A stretch of DNA of 64,000 bases. It comes from Myxococcota bacterium (GTDB lineage: Bacteria > Myxococcota_A > Polyangia > Polyangiales > Sandaracinaceae). The notes below the pieces were generated by a model. The model searched no databases. It saw only the letters and a list, made by a program, of their open reading frames with translations, and had not been told where the DNA came from. Location: assembly GCA_036149055.1 (NCBI GenBank), contig JAYZQJ010000069.1, forward strand, positions 107,950 through 171,949. The letters run 5' to 3'. This document shows positions 11,180 to 21,486 of this stretch, piece by piece (position 1 is the first letter of the stretch; every line of letters begins with the position of its first letter). A program made the translations under genes and the position numbers.

Positions 11180-11977
11180 ATGAGCGAAGTACCCACCCTG
11201 ACCGTGGTGATGCCCGCCTACAACGAGCGGGCGACGATTCACGAGGCGCTGAAGCGCGTGCTGGCCAGCCCCGTGGACAGCCTCGAGATCGTCGTCGTGG
11301 ACGACGGCTCGACCGACGGGACCCGCGAGCTCCTCACCCAGGGCCCCGCGCTCGACGAGCGCGTGCGGATCATCCTGCACGACGAGAACCGCGGCAAAGG
11401 CGCGGCCCTCCAGACGGGCTTCCGCGAGGCGCGTGGCCGCTTCGTCGTCGTGCAGGACGCCGATCTCGAGTACGACCCCAACGACTACCCGGCGCTGCTC
11501 GGCCCGCTCCTCGACGGTCACGCCGACGTCGTCTACGGCAGCCGCTTCGCCGGCGGGGGCGCGCACCGGGTCCTCTACTACTGGCACTCGGTCGCCAACC
11601 AGGCGCTGACCACGCTGTCGAACATGGTCACCGACCTGAACCTCACGGACATGGAGACCTGCTACAAGGTCTTCCGCCGCGAGGTGCTCGACGAGCTCGT
11701 GCTCGAGGAGAGCCGCTTCGGCATCGAGCCCGAGATGACCGCGAAGATCGCCCAGCTCGGCGTCCGCGTGTACGAGGTGCCCATCAGCTATCACGGCCGG
11801 ACCTACGCCGAGGGCAAGAAGATCGGCCTCAAGGACGCGTTCCGGGCGCTGTTCTGCATCGCCCGCTACGGGGTGCCCGCGCGGCTGCGCCGTCGCGAGC
11901 GTCCGTGGCGTCCGAGTGACGGCGGCGCATCGAACGCTTCCACCGCGGTGGGTGGGGGCGGTAAGCTCGTCCACTGA
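11180..11977 (+). CDS. GT2 glycosyltransferase (DPM1-like)
   Basis: VVMPAYNE, VVDDGSTDGT, NRGKGAA, QDADLEYDP, DMETCYK. Confidence 0.92.
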   Translation: MSEVPTLTVVMPAYNERATIHEALKRVLASPVDSLEIVVVDDGSTDGTRELLTQGPALDERVRIILHDENRGKGAALQTGFREARGRFVVVQDADLEYDPNDYPALLGPLLDGHADVVYGSRFAGGGAHRVLYYWHSVANQALTTLSNMVTDLNLTDMETCYKVFRREVLDELVLEESRFGIEPEMTAKIAQLGVRVYEVPISYHGRTYAEGKKIGLKDAFRALFCIARYGVPARLRRRERPWRPSDGGASNASTAVGGGGKLVH

Positions 11978-12007
11978 ACGCCGTCCGGCCCGTCGACCAA
12001 GAAAGCG

Positions 12008-12037
12008 TTGACGGGCGTCGGCCGCGCGGGATAACTT
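12008..12037 (+). promoter_or_regulatory. Putative sigma70-type promoter of pph1
   Basis: TTGACG-N18-TAACTT about 30 bp upstream of the start; GGAGG RBS follows. Confidence 0.45.
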
Positions 12038-12066
12038 TCTGCCCGAATTTTGGAGGGATACGGCTA

Positions 12067-12846
12067 GTGGCCTCGAGCGCACGCGTCCTCGTAGCCGGCG
12101 ACACCAACGTCGGGATGAAGAGGACTCACAACGAGGACGCCTTCGAAGTCATCGACGAGGAGAAGCTCTACCTCGTCGCGGACGGAATGGGTGGTCACGC
12201 CTCTGGTGAGGTGGCCTCCAAGATGGCGATCGACACTCTGCGTGAGTTCTTCAAGGCGACCAGCGCCGACCCAGAAGCGACCTGGCCATACAAGATGGAC
12301 AAGTCGCGGGGGTACGAAGAGAATCGCCTCATCACGGGCATCAAGCTCGCCAACCTGCGCATCCACGAGAACGCGCAGCGCGAGCCGAAGCTCCGCGGCA
12401 TGGGCACGACCGTCGTGTCGATCCTGGTGATCGACGAGGGCGTGCTCATCGCGCACGTCGGCGACAGCCGCGTCTACCGCATCCGTGATGGCAAGATGGA
12501 GCAGCTGACGGACGATCACTCCCTCCTCAACGACTACATCAAGATGAAGCGGCTCACGGAGGAGGAGATCGCCAACTTCCCGCACAAGAACGTCATCGTG
12601 CGGGCCCTGGGCATGAAGGAGACGGTCAAGGTGGACACCCGCCTCGACCACCCCCAGCCCGGCGATCTCTACGTCCTCTGCTCGGACGGGCTCTGCGGCC
12701 CGGTGACCGACGAGGAGATCCACGAGCTCGCGAGCAGCACCAACGACCTCAAGCAGGGCGTGGCCAAGCTCATCGATCGCGCGAACCAGAACGGCGGCCC
12801 GGACAACGTGACCGTCGTGATGGCCAAGTGGATCGGCAAGGGCTGA
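12067..12846 (+). CDS. pph1: PP2C/Stp1-family Ser/Thr phosphatase, Pph1-like
   Basis: VGMKRTHNED, VADGMGGH, MGTT, HVGDSR, CSDGL, GGPDN, plus the myxobacterial TWPYKMDK insert. Confidence 0.88.
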   Translation: MASSARVLVAGDTNVGMKRTHNEDAFEVIDEEKLYLVADGMGGHASGEVASKMAIDTLREFFKATSADPEATWPYKMDKSRGYEENRLITGIKLANLRIHENAQREPKLRGMGTTVVSILVIDEGVLIAHVGDSRVYRIRDGKMEQLTDDHSLLNDYIKMKRLTEEEIANFPHKNVIVRALGMKETVKVDTRLDHPQPGDLYVLCSDGLCGPVTDEEIHELASSTNDLKQGVAKLIDRANQNGGPDNVTVVMAKWIGKG

Positions 12847-12907
12847 CCCTCGGCGCTATGCTTCGGGGGCGATGCGCGCCCCCCACGAGATCCAGGGCTG
12901 ACCCGAC

Positions 12908-13744
12908 GTGGAGCCGCGCTGGGGACACACCGAGCGGCTCGCGGCGGCGCTGATCGCGCGTCGCGACTTCGCCGACGCCGTCCGTCACCTGAACGCCGCC
13001 GGCATCCTGCCGATGCCCCTCAAGGGCGTGCTGCTCCAGCACATCGTCTACCAGGACCCGGCCGACCGCCTGCTCTCCGACGCGGATCTGCTCGTCCCCC
13101 CCGGGCGCTTCGACGACGCGGTCGCCGCGCTGCGCGCCGCCGGCTACCGCACCTGGCCGGAGGGACGCGCGGCCGTCTGCTCCAAGGGCCCCGACGCCCA
13201 GCTCGAGGTCGACCTGCACCGTCGGCTCTTCTCGCCGGGCCTCTACGGGCTGAGCGCCACCCAGCTCTTCGCGCGCGGCCGGATCGACGAGACGCTCGTC
13301 CAGGGCGTCGTGGTGGTGCCGGCCCCGCTCGACCTCTACGCGCACCTGGTCGGCAACTTCGCCAAGGGCCGCCACGAGGCGAGCCACGCGCCCCAGCTGC
13401 GCGATTTCTCGGCCGTCGCCAGCCGCTTCCGCCTCGCCCCGGAGCCGGTCGCCCGTCACCTGGAGCGCCACGGCCTCGCCCGCGCCGCTCGCTACTCCCT
13501 GACCATCGCCCACGGGGCCGAGGACGCCTTCGCCGGCGAGGTGCTCCGCCACCTCCGCCCCGACCGGGTGGGCGAGCTGAGCGCGGCCGCCGCCCGCGGC
13601 CTGACCGGGCGCTGGGGAGGGGCCGCCCGGCTCAGCCTGATCGCCCCCCACCTGGTGAACCGCACCCTCCCCCGCGGCGCGGCGAGCTGCGCCATGCACG
13701 TCGCCCTGGGCCTCAGATCCCGCATCGCGCGCCGCTGGGGATGA
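12908..13744 (+). CDS. Uncharacterised nucleotidyltransferase-family protein
   Basis: MPLKG...Y..PADR..SDADLLV and EVDLH motifs. Confidence 0.8.
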   Translation: MEPRWGHTERLAAALIARRDFADAVRHLNAAGILPMPLKGVLLQHIVYQDPADRLLSDADLLVPPGRFDDAVAALRAAGYRTWPEGRAAVCSKGPDAQLEVDLHRRLFSPGLYGLSATQLFARGRIDETLVQGVVVVPAPLDLYAHLVGNFAKGRHEASHAPQLRDFSAVASRFRLAPEPVARHLERHGLARAARYSLTIAHGAEDAFAGEVLRHLRPDRVGELSAAAARGLTGRWGGAARLSLIAPHLVNRTLPRGAASCAMHVALGLRSRIARRWG

Positions 13745-13816
13745 GGCGGTCGGTGGCGTGGCGAACCTGCCACCTGGGGAAAACAACCCCTCTTTGATCG
13801 GCCGCCGTCGGGCTCA

Positions 13817-13843
13817 TTCCTCCGTCGAACCCCAACGGAGGAA
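13817..13843 (+). promoter_or_regulatory. RBS-sequestering hairpin
   Basis: TTCCTCCGT (13817-13825) pairs perfectly with ACGGAGGAA (13835-13843), which contains the SD of the ATG at 13847. Confidence 0.55.
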
Positions 13844-13846
13844 CCG

Positions 13847-14128
13847 ATGAAGAAGACCCTCGGAATCTTGCTTGCGTCCATGGCGCTCACCCTCGGCTGC
13901 TCGAACGAGATCGGCGAGCTGCTCGAGTGCGCCCAGGTCTGCGAGAGCTACGACGACTGCGTGATGGACAGCTACGACCAGACGGCCTGCACGGACGCCT
14001 GCGAGAGCTACGCGGACGTCAGCGACGCCAACGAGGCGCAGGTCTTCGACTGCGACGACTGCCTGAACGAGCTGGAGTGCAGCCCCGACTGCAACGCCCG
14101 CTGCGACGGCATCATCCCGGCGTTCTGA
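13847..14128 (+). CDS. Small Cys-rich acidic lipoprotein
   Basis: Signal peptide MKK..LTLGC; 10 further Cys, mostly CxxxC; strong RBS. Confidence 0.85.
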   Translation: MKKTLGILLASMALTLGCSNEIGELLECAQVCESYDDCVMDSYDQTACTDACESYADVSDANEAQVFDCDDCLNELECSPDCNARCDGIIPAF

Positions 14129-14145
14129 GGGGCGCTGCGAAACCC

Positions 14146-14192
14146 TCTCCTTCCCGGGCCGATGCGGGTGCTACTTTGGCCCGGGAGGGAGA
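14146..14192 (+). promoter_or_regulatory. 15-bp stem-loop (terminator or RBS-occluding)
   Basis: TCTCCTTCCCGGGCC / GGCCCGGGAGGGAGA (one G-U pair) ending immediately before ATG 14193. Confidence 0.5.
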
Positions 14193-16163
14193 ATGTACGT
14201 ACGAGTTCTTTGCACGATCGCTGCCCTGCACCTGCTGGCTGCGTGCGGTGGAGATGGTGTTCCGCTGGACGGCTCTACCCGCGATGCTGGGGAGGGAGAC
14301 ACCGGCCCCGGCACCGTCACTTGCGAACGAGACCGCGACTGCGATGACATGCAGTTCTGCAACGGCCGAGAGGTCTGCAGACCTGCCGACATGGCCGCCG
14401 ACGCACGTGGGTGCGTTTCCCAAGGGAATCCGTGCCTCGCCGATCAGTCTTGCAACGAAGTGATGGGTCGATGCGAGAGTGATTGCGACAGCGATCCCGA
14501 CGCGGATGGTGACGGGTACGCCGCGGCGAACTGCGGCGGCGTGGACTGCGACGACTCGGACGGAGCGATCCACCCCGGCAGGACGGAGGTTTGTGATGAC
14601 CTCGGCGTCGACGAGGACTGCGATCCCAGCACGCTGAGCGGCCCTGCCGAGACGGACGTCGACTCGGACGGCTACGTCTCGGTGTCGTGCTGCAACCGCC
14701 AACCGACCGGCGCCGTTCGTTGTGGACTCGACTGCGACGACGAGCAGCGCGCTGCAAACCCCGCCCAACCTGAGACCTGCGACGAAATCGACAACGACTG
14801 CGACGACGCGGTCGATGAGCGCGTGCGAAACACGTTCTACCGGGACGCCGACGGTGACCTGTACGGTGACGACGGCGATACGGTCGAAGCGTGCATGCAG
14901 CCCAGCGGCTACACCGCCAACGGTGGAGACTGCGACGACTCGCGATCGAGCGCCAACCCCGGTGGAATGGAGACGTGTGATGGGCTCGACGAGGACTGCG
15001 ATACCCGAGTCGATGAAGAGGTGAGCCCCCGCCCCGACACGGCGGAGCACTGTGGCGGGTGCGGACTGGTCTGCCCCGCCGGATATCTCTGCGCGGGGAC
15101 CGAGTGTGTGGATGAGCCCGTCAGGCTCACCGCAGGCTCCACCTCGACGTGCGCGCTGACCGCGGCCGGGGATGTGTATTGCTGGGGCGGCAACCGTGAA
15201 GGAGAGGTCGGTACCGGGAGCTCGGTCGCGGTCGTCCCGATACCGACCCGCGTGACCTTGCCCGCACCCGCCTTGGACGTCGCCATCATCAGTAAGTCCA
15301 CGGACTTCTCCATGGACGCCTACGAGGTGGTGACCTGCGCGGCGCTGACGGATGGAAGCCTCTGGTGCTGGGGAACTGGGCTCGGCTCGAGCCCAGTGGC
15401 TTCGGCCTTCTCTGCGCTGCCCAGCGGAACCAACGCTCTCGCCGGAGCCGTAGTCTCGGAGCCGACCCTGTACGCGCTGACGATGGCCGGAAGCGTGTCG
15501 CTACACGAACGGACCGGCTCGAGTTGGGTCATGACCGCAATCGGTCCGGCAGCCGCGGTCACCGGTCTCTGTGGACGACGCTCCGGAGGCACCATGGCAT
15601 GCCAGGGCCCGAGCGGAGGCGTGGTGACCTACCCGGAGGTGGACGGGGGCACGCTCCAGTCTGCTTCGGAGAGCAGCTGCGCGACGCGCGCCGACGGCGC
15701 TCTCTTCTGCTGGGGCCGAAACGGGCGAAACCAGGTCGGGCCGGGCGCTGGTGTGATCTCGACGCCCACCCGGATCAGTGGTCTGCCTGCCCTGCCCCTG
15801 ACGAGCGTGAGCACCCGGAGCGAATACCTGTTCTTCGGAATCGGCCGCCCCCCAGGGGAGAGCGGCCATACGTGTGTGACCGTCAACGACGGTCGCGCGT
15901 ATTGCTGGGGGGCCAACTCGCGGGGTGAGCTCGGCGTGGGGGGAGCGTCGGCGCCGTCAGCCACTCCGGCGCGCGTCGCGACCACGCAACGCTTCACCGC
16001 GGTCGAAGTAGGCCTGTTTCACACATGCGCCCTGAGCGACACGAGCGAAGTCTGGTGCTGGGGCGCCAACGACGGACGCCTCGGCACCGCTGATGTCTCC
16101 GATGCCCATGCGCCGGTCCGCCTGCCCGGGTTCCCGGTTCGCGTTCCGCCGACCGGTCCCTGA
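14193..16163 (+). CDS. Lipoprotein with MopE-like (DCDD..E.CD..D.DCD) repeats and RCC1-like beta-propeller
   Basis: Lipobox LAAC; three putative metal-binding repeats; repeated TCA....G.V.CWG.N..G..G; many A/T-ending codons. Confidence 0.85.
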   Translation: MYVRVLCTIAALHLLAACGGDGVPLDGSTRDAGEGDTGPGTVTCERDRDCDDMQFCNGREVCRPADMAADARGCVSQGNPCLADQSCNEVMGRCESDCDSDPDADGDGYAAANCGGVDCDDSDGAIHPGRTEVCDDLGVDEDCDPSTLSGPAETDVDSDGYVSVSCCNRQPTGAVRCGLDCDDEQRAANPAQPETCDEIDNDCDDAVDERVRNTFYRDADGDLYGDDGDTVEACMQPSGYTANGGDCDDSRSSANPGGMETCDGLDEDCDTRVDEEVSPRPDTAEHCGGCGLVCPAGYLCAGTECVDEPVRLTAGSTSTCALTAAGDVYCWGGNREGEVGTGSSVAVVPIPTRVTLPAPALDVAIISKSTDFSMDAYEVVTCAALTDGSLWCWGTGLGSSPVASAFSALPSGTNALAGAVVSEPTLYALTMAGSVSLHERTGSSWVMTAIGPAAAVTGLCGRRSGGTMACQGPSGGVVTYPEVDGGTLQSASESSCATRADGALFCWGRNGRNQVGPGAGVISTPTRISGLPALPLTSVSTRSEYLFFGIGRPPGESGHTCVTVNDGRAYCWGANSRGELGVGGASAPSATPARVATTQRFTAVEVGLFHTCALSDTSEVWCWGANDGRLGTADVSDAHAPVRLPGFPVRVPPTGP

Positions 16164-16174
16164 GTCGCCGGCTG

Positions 16175-16224
16175 GTCGTCGACGCACCTCGAGCGCAAGA
16201 CAACAAACGGGGTGCGTCGACGGC
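16175..16224. terminator. Long hairpin between convergent genes
   Basis: GTCGTCGACGCACCTCG (16175-16191) / CGGGGTGCGTCGACGGC (16208-16224): 17-bp stem with two G-U pairs. Confidence 0.6.
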
Positions 16225-16228
16225 GCAC

Positions 16229-18115
16229 TCAGATGAGCGGGTTGATCGCCTCGAGGTCCAGGCCGCCCGGGTACATGTAGCTCGTGTACGAGCCGAACCC
16301 GTAGACGACGATGCCGAAGGCGTTGTCGCCCGAGATGGTGTGTTGGCCCGCACCAATCGGCACCTGCACCGTCCCGTAGCCGGTCGAGCCGATGGGCATG
16401 AAGCCGCTCACCGGCGAGCCGTCCAGCGTGATGGTCGAGCCGCTCGGCGCCGTCACGCTGACGAAGTTCGTCGGGTACGAGCTCGGGGCGAGGAACGTAT
16501 ACTCGGTCCGGTACTGCTCGGTGGGAATCGCGAGCGAGAAGGCCGGGTCGCCCTCCCCCATGTCCCCGGCCATGCCATATCCCGCGTAGTCCTGGCCCAC
16601 GAGGTACTGCCCGACGAGGATCGGCCCGGTGCCGGTGACGCGAAAGCTCTGGCTCGCCTCGAACTCCATGTACTCGCCCCGGTTGAGGGTGCGGCCGGAC
16701 GCGACCGACGGGGGATCGAAGGTGATGGCGTTGCCGTCGGCGCCCGAGAGCACGCGCACGATGTTCGGCTCGGTGCGCCCCATCGGCGGCTGCGTCTTGG
16801 CGACGATGGCCTCCTCGTCCCATGCGTCCTGCGGGAACATCGCCTCCTCGAGGTGATCGCAGGCCCAGCGGTTGTAGGGGACGAACGCGCAGTTGTGCCC
16901 GCCGATGACCTGGACCGGGCCGGTGGCGCGGATCTCGGTCCCCGTCAGGTCGTACTGGTCTCCCACCGTGCAGTAGTCGATCGTGACGGTCGTGGGTGGA
17001 AAGAACGGGATCGGCGAGGGGATCTCGAGAGTCTCGCTATCGCCCACCGTGCAGCTCGACGGCGCGCCGCCGACCAGCTGGAGCACGTCGCCCTGGTTCA
17101 GGGTGTAGGTGGCCGAGCTGCCGGTGCCCTGGGCCGAGACGCCGGGGCCCGCGACGACGTCGCCGCGAAACTGCACGGTCACCTGCACGGGCGTCTCGCT
17201 GACGCCGACGATGGTGGCGAAGCCCGGGGAGGAGCTCTCCGAGCCGTCCTGGCGGAGCATGAGCGTCGGGCGAGAGAGGATGGTGTAGTTGCCCGTCATC
17301 ACGTGAGCGGGCAGCAGCAGCGACGCGTCGTTCGAGAAGCTGTACTCGCCGCCCTGCTCGTACTCGAGCGGGGTGAACTGGTAGACGGTCACCGGCACGT
17401 TCGACTGGAGCCGGTAGGAGCCGCCCGACAGCAGGATCGACTGCTCCTCACCGATGGTGCCCTTGAGCTCGTTGACCCAGGGGATCGGGATGGTCTCGGT
17501 CGCGCCGGCCGCCACCGTGCGCGTCTCCATGACCGAGCCGCCGCGCGAGAGCGTCACCGTGGCCGGCATCGTCTGCGGGTTCGCCACCACGACCGCGGGG
17601 CTGAAGGTCGCGTCGACCTGCGAGTTGAGGGTGGTGACCGGCCAGTACTCGCAGCCGATGTAGCTGTTGGAGCGGGCCGCGTCGTCGCAGAGGCTCGTGC
17701 AGGCGCCGATCGTGGAGTTGCACATCTGGCCGGCCGCCGCGTCACAGGCCATGAACGGCTCGTAGCCCGTGCCCGCCTCGTTGCAGCGGGTGACGTCGTT
17801 GCCGTCGCAGTTGAAGCTGCCGGGGCGGCACGTCGCGCAGCCCACCGCCTGCACGCAGACCTGGCCCATGTCGGTGCACATGGTGCGGCCGGTCTCGCTG
17901 CCGTCCGCGGCGCACCCGATGGCGGTGTTGCCCATGCAGACGAAGCTCGGCCCTCCGGCGGTGCAGCCGGTGGGCGGCGGCGGCGTCTCGCCGTCCCCGA
18001 GCACGCCGCTGTCACGGAGCGCCGGAGGCGTCCGCGCGTCGCAGCCGACGGTGGCCAGCGTGGCCACGATGGAGAGGGCCAGCAGGCCCGAGAAGGTCAA
18101 GCTCGTACGCATCAT
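16229..18115 (-). CDS. IgGFc-binding-protein N-terminal-domain lipoprotein
   Basis: Lipobox TVGC; Cys-rich region; SYIGCEYW, SNDASLLLP, CDHLEE, SYMYPGG. Confidence 0.87.
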   Translation of the reverse strand: MMRTSLTFSGLLALSIVATLATVGCDARTPPALRDSGVLGDGETPPPPTGCTAGGPSFVCMGNTAIGCAADGSETGRTMCTDMGQVCVQAVGCATCRPGSFNCDGNDVTRCNEAGTGYEPFMACDAAAGQMCNSTIGACTSLCDDAARSNSYIGCEYWPVTTLNSQVDATFSPAVVVANPQTMPATVTLSRGGSVMETRTVAAGATETIPIPWVNELKGTIGEEQSILLSGGSYRLQSNVPVTVYQFTPLEYEQGGEYSFSNDASLLLPAHVMTGNYTILSRPTLMLRQDGSESSSPGFATIVGVSETPVQVTVQFRGDVVAGPGVSAQGTGSSATYTLNQGDVLQLVGGAPSSCTVGDSETLEIPSPIPFFPPTTVTIDYCTVGDQYDLTGTEIRATGPVQVIGGHNCAFVPYNRWACDHLEEAMFPQDAWDEEAIVAKTQPPMGRTEPNIVRVLSGADGNAITFDPPSVASGRTLNRGEYMEFEASQSFRVTGTGPILVGQYLVGQDYAGYGMAGDMGEGDPAFSLAIPTEQYRTEYTFLAPSSYPTNFVSVTAPSGSTITLDGSPVSGFMPIGSTGYGTVQVPIGAGQHTISGDNAFGIVVYGFGSYTSYMYPGGLDLEAINPLI

Positions 18116-18273
18116 TCGATTGCTCCCACCACGTGCGCGGCGCGAACGAGCCTCCCCCACCAGTGGCCGCGGCCACCCCGGGACGCCCCCGCGAGCGCGT
18201 CAACCGCGAATAGATGACGGATCTCGGCCCCGATGTCGAGGGTGGCCGTCACCGGACGGACACGAGCGGAGCG

Positions 18274-19566
18274 CTACCCGCGGGGCCGAGCCCCGGCGGC
18301 GTCGAAGGCCTCGGCGAGGGCCCGCGCCTCGACGATGTTGTCCTCGATGGAGCAGTAGGTCCACGAGCCGTAGCGGCCGGTCGAGTAGACCCCGCGGGTC
18401 GCGAGCGCGGCCTTCAGGCGCGTCACCTCGGCGATGGAGCGCTTGGTGATGTGCACGTAGGCGGGGTCGAGCACCACCGAGTGGCTGCTGACCAGCTGAT
18501 GGCCGTCGACCACGCCGCACTTCGCGAGGTCGGCGAGCACCTGCGCCTTGGCGCGCGCGACCTCGGCCTCATCGATGACGCTGCCGTGGGGGTAGCCGAT
18601 CTCGACGTACATGCTCATCCGGTCGGTGCCGAAGATGTTGTCGTAGAAGCCGAGCCGGTAGAAGCAGAGCTCGCGCTGCGGGTAGTAGATCCAGTGCACC
18701 CCCTCGGGGCCCTTGCGATCGAAGCCGAGGTTGAAGACCAGCACCTGGTTCCAGGTGAACGCCTCGGTGTCGTGCGCGATCCCGGTCATGCCGAGCAGCT
18801 TCGGCAGCGGCGCGCTCGAGATCAGCGCCTCGAAGCGAATGGTCCGCCCCTTCGACGTGGTCGCCGTCTTGGCCTCGAGATCGATCCGCTCGACCCGCTC
18901 CCGGAGCGAGAGGCGCCCCTCGTCGACGCCCTGCATCAGCGCGTGCACGTACTGGATCGCGCCGCCCTCCGGGTAGGTGAACGACGCGTTGTAGGAGGCG
19001 TTGTCGCTCGCGCGGAAGTTGCGGATCACCTCGTCGATGTCGGCGTAGGGGAAGAAGCGCCCCATCGCGTCGACGTCGAGGGTGGAGAGATCCGTCGCGT
19101 AGAGCTTCTCGTTGTAGGGGACGAGGAACATCTCGGCGATGGACCGGCCGAACTTGGCGTAGAGCATCTCCTGGAAGCTCGTCGCCGGCGCGTCCTCCCG
19201 GAAGTAGAGGTCGTGCAGCGCCGCCGCGAAGTCCTCCTTGGGGAGCTGGTGGATGTTCTTCTGGAACGGGAAGTCGACGTGGTCGCCCTTCCAGTGGATC
19301 AGCGAGCGCTTCTCCACCTCGAGCACCCGCTGGCCCTTCATCCGGTCGACCAGGTAGCGCTCGATCTCGGGGTGCCGGAAGTGGAAGAAGTGCCCCGAGT
19401 AGTCCCACACGAAGCCGTCCTGCTGGACGGTCTTGCAGTAGCCCCCGATCTCGGCGTCGGCCTCGCAGATCAGGTAGTCGTCCGACTTCACCCAGTCGGC
19501 GAACGTCAGCCCGCTGATCCCGGCGCCGACGATCAGGTACCGCGTCTCGACCACCTCGTCGCTCAT
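18274..19566 (-). CDS. FAD-dependent oxidoreductase, UDP-galactopyranose-mutase/HemY-like
   Basis: [40 protein letters not shown] coupling to the upstream gene. Confidence 0.8.
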   Translation of the reverse strand: MSDEVVETRYLIVGAGISGLTFADWVKSDDYLICEADAEIGGYCKTVQQDGFVWDYSGHFFHFRHPEIERYLVDRMKGQRVLEVEKRSLIHWKGDHVDFPFQKNIHQLPKEDFAAALHDLYFREDAPATSFQEMLYAKFGRSIAEMFLVPYNEKLYATDLSTLDVDAMGRFFPYADIDEVIRNFRASDNASYNASFTYPEGGAIQYVHALMQGVDEGRLSLRERVERIDLEAKTATTSKGRTIRFEALISSAPLPKLLGMTGIAHDTEAFTWNQVLVFNLGFDRKGPEGVHWIYYPQRELCFYRLGFYDNIFGTDRMSMYVEIGYPHGSVIDEAEVARAKAQVLADLAKCGVVDGHQLVSSHSVVLDPAYVHITKRSIAEVTRLKAALATRGVYSTGRYGSWTYCSIEDNIVEARALAEAFDAAGARPRG

Positions 19567-20510
19567 GCCTTCTCCTTCAGCAGCGGGTGCGCCCGCTCGC
19601 CCGCCTCGGTCGGCGCGGTCGTCCGGATGCGATGGGCCAGCTCGATCGACGGCCGCGCGTCCTCGATGGAGTAACCGCCCCCGGCGAGCACGTCCTCGTA
19701 CACGCGGGTGTGCAGGTCGGTGAACCCGGTCGAGAACTCGATCTCCTCGCCGTCCATCGTGATCGAGCGGAACGCCGGCTGCCCCGCCCGCAGGCTCGCC
19801 TCCGGCAGGTCCTCGTAGCGGGTCGAGAGCAGCCACCGCACGTTGGCGCGCTCGAGCCCGAGGAAGCCGCTCCAGCGATCCGGCTCGGCCAGGTGCACCT
19901 CGTTCTCCCGCGCCGGGCCGAAGAGCCACTGGAGCAGATCGAAGAAGTGGATGCCGATGTTGGTCGGCAGCCCGCCGGACTTCGCCTCGTCGCCCTTCCA
20001 GCTCACGCCGTACCAGGCCCCGCGGCGCGTCATGTAGCTGAGCACCACCTCGGCCGGCTCCTTCAGGGCGAGCGTCTTCTCGCGGAGCGCGATCAGGCTC
20101 GGCAGCAGCCGCAGCTGGAGCACCGTGTAGACCCGGCCCTCGGACTCCGCCTCGAGCTCGGCGAGCTGATCGAGGTTCCACGGGTTGATGACCAGCGGCT
20201 TCTCGCAGATCGCGTCGGCGCCCAGCCTCAGCGCGAGCCGCACGTGCGCGTCGTGCAGGTAGTTGGGCGAGCAGATCGAGAGGTAGTGCAGCCGCTCCTC
20301 CTCCGTCCGGCGGCGGAGCTTCTCGAGGTGTCGATCGAAGCGCTCGTACTCGGTGAAGAACTTCGCGTCCCGGAACCACTGGTCGAGCACCCCGACCGAG
20401 TCGTGGGGATCGCACGCCGCCACCAGCCGGCTGCCGGTGTCGTGAATGGCCTTGAGGTGCCGAGGGGCCACGAAGCCCGCGACGCCGAGGAGCGCGAAGT
20501 TCCGGATCAC
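19563..20510 (-). CDS. wbpB: Gfo/Idh/MocA UDP-GlcNAcA 3-dehydrogenase (WbpB/WlbA-like)
   Basis: [53 protein letters not shown]. Confidence 0.88.
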   Translation of the reverse strand: MIRNFALLGVAGFVAPRHLKAIHDTGSRLVAACDPHDSVGVLDQWFRDAKFFTEYERFDRHLEKLRRRTEEERLHYLSICSPNYLHDAHVRLALRLGADAICEKPLVINPWNLDQLAELEAESEGRVYTVLQLRLLPSLIALREKTLALKEPAEVVLSYMTRRGAWYGVSWKGDEAKSGGLPTNIGIHFFDLLQWLFGPARENEVHLAEPDRWSGFLGLERANVRWLLSTRYEDLPEASLRAGQPAFRSITMDGEEIEFSTGFTDLHTRVYEDVLAGGGYSIEDARPSIELAHRIRTTAPTEAGERAHPLLKEKA

Positions 20511-20537
20511 CAGGGCCGCTTATCGCGGATGACCGGC

Positions 20538-21428
20538 CTAGCCAAGGGCCGAGACCGTCGCGTGGGGCGCGAGGATCGCGTCGACCGCGTCGTGCTCGAC
20601 CACCGTGCCCGGCCACACCACGCAGCGCTTCAGCCGCACGTCGTCGGGCACGAGCGCGCCCTTCCCCAGCACCACGTCGCCGTCTCCCTCGAAGTCGGCG
20701 GTCGGCCAGCGCAGGGCGCCGTCGAGCAGATCGAGGTGGGCGCGCAGGTACTCGGCGGGGGTGCCGAGGTCCCGCCAGTCGCCGAGATCCACGAAGCCGC
20801 CGACCACCGTCTCCGGGTCGTCCACCCACCGGCGGTACGCGGTCCGGATCACGCAGCCCTGCTCGGGCAGCTCCCGGAGCGCCCGGGGGCTCAGGACGTG
20901 CACGCCGGTGAACATGTGCTCGGTCAGGGGCACGTCGACCGCCTCGGGCCGGCCGAGCATGCGCCGCACCCGCTGGTCGGCGTCCACCTCGAGCGCGCCC
21001 AGCTTCGCGGCCCGCGGATCCGGCCGCAGCACCGTGGTGGCCATGGCGCCCAGCCGCTCGTGGAGGATCAGCGCCTCCTCGAAGTCCGGCCAGAAGAAGA
21101 TGTCGCCGTTCATCACCAGGATCGGCTCGTCGGTCGGCCCGAGCGCGGAGAGCGCGTTCCGGAGCCCGCCGCCGGTCCCGAGCAGCTCCGGCTCGTGCAC
21201 GTAGACCACCTCCAGGCCCTCGGGCACGAACGGCTCGAGCTGCCGCGGGACCTCGTCGGCCAGGTGGTGGGTGTTCACCGCGCAGCGCGTCACCCCCGCC
21301 GCCGCCAGGCGCTCGAGCGCGAAGCTCGCGAGCGGCCGGTTCATCAGGGGGACCACCGGCTTGGGCAGCTTCTCGGTGAGCGGCAGCAGCCGCGTCCCGA
21401 GCCCGGCGGCGAACACCATGCCGTGCAT
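20538..21428 (-). CDS. Sugar-1-phosphate nucleotidyltransferase (Man-1-P guanylyltransferase-like)
   Basis: [36 protein letters not shown]. Confidence 0.88.
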   Translation of the reverse strand: MHGMVFAAGLGTRLLPLTEKLPKPVVPLMNRPLASFALERLAAAGVTRCAVNTHHLADEVPRQLEPFVPEGLEVVYVHEPELLGTGGGLRNALSALGPTDEPILVMNGDIFFWPDFEEALILHERLGAMATTVLRPDPRAAKLGALEVDADQRVRRMLGRPEAVDVPLTEHMFTGVHVLSPRALRELPEQGCVIRTAYRRWVDDPETVVGGFVDLGDWRDLGTPAEYLRAHLDLLDGALRWPTADFEGDGDVVLGKGALVPDDVRLKRCVVWPGTVVEHDAVDAILAPHATVSALG

Positions 21429-21486
21429 GGCCGGAGTGTGGGGAGAACCCTGGGCAGGGCCAAGAAAGCGAGTACGGTTCGACGAG

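Noticed and set aside
12872..12901. 9-codon ATG uORF in frame with the nucleotidyltransferase
   Set aside because: No evidence to distinguish it from chance.
13847..14128. RiPP precursor
   Set aside because: It has a clear lipoprotein signal peptide and no adjacent maturases.
14129..16228. Integron cassette / attC sites
   Set aside because: The hairpins lack RYYYAAC...GTTRRRY ends and no integrase is present.
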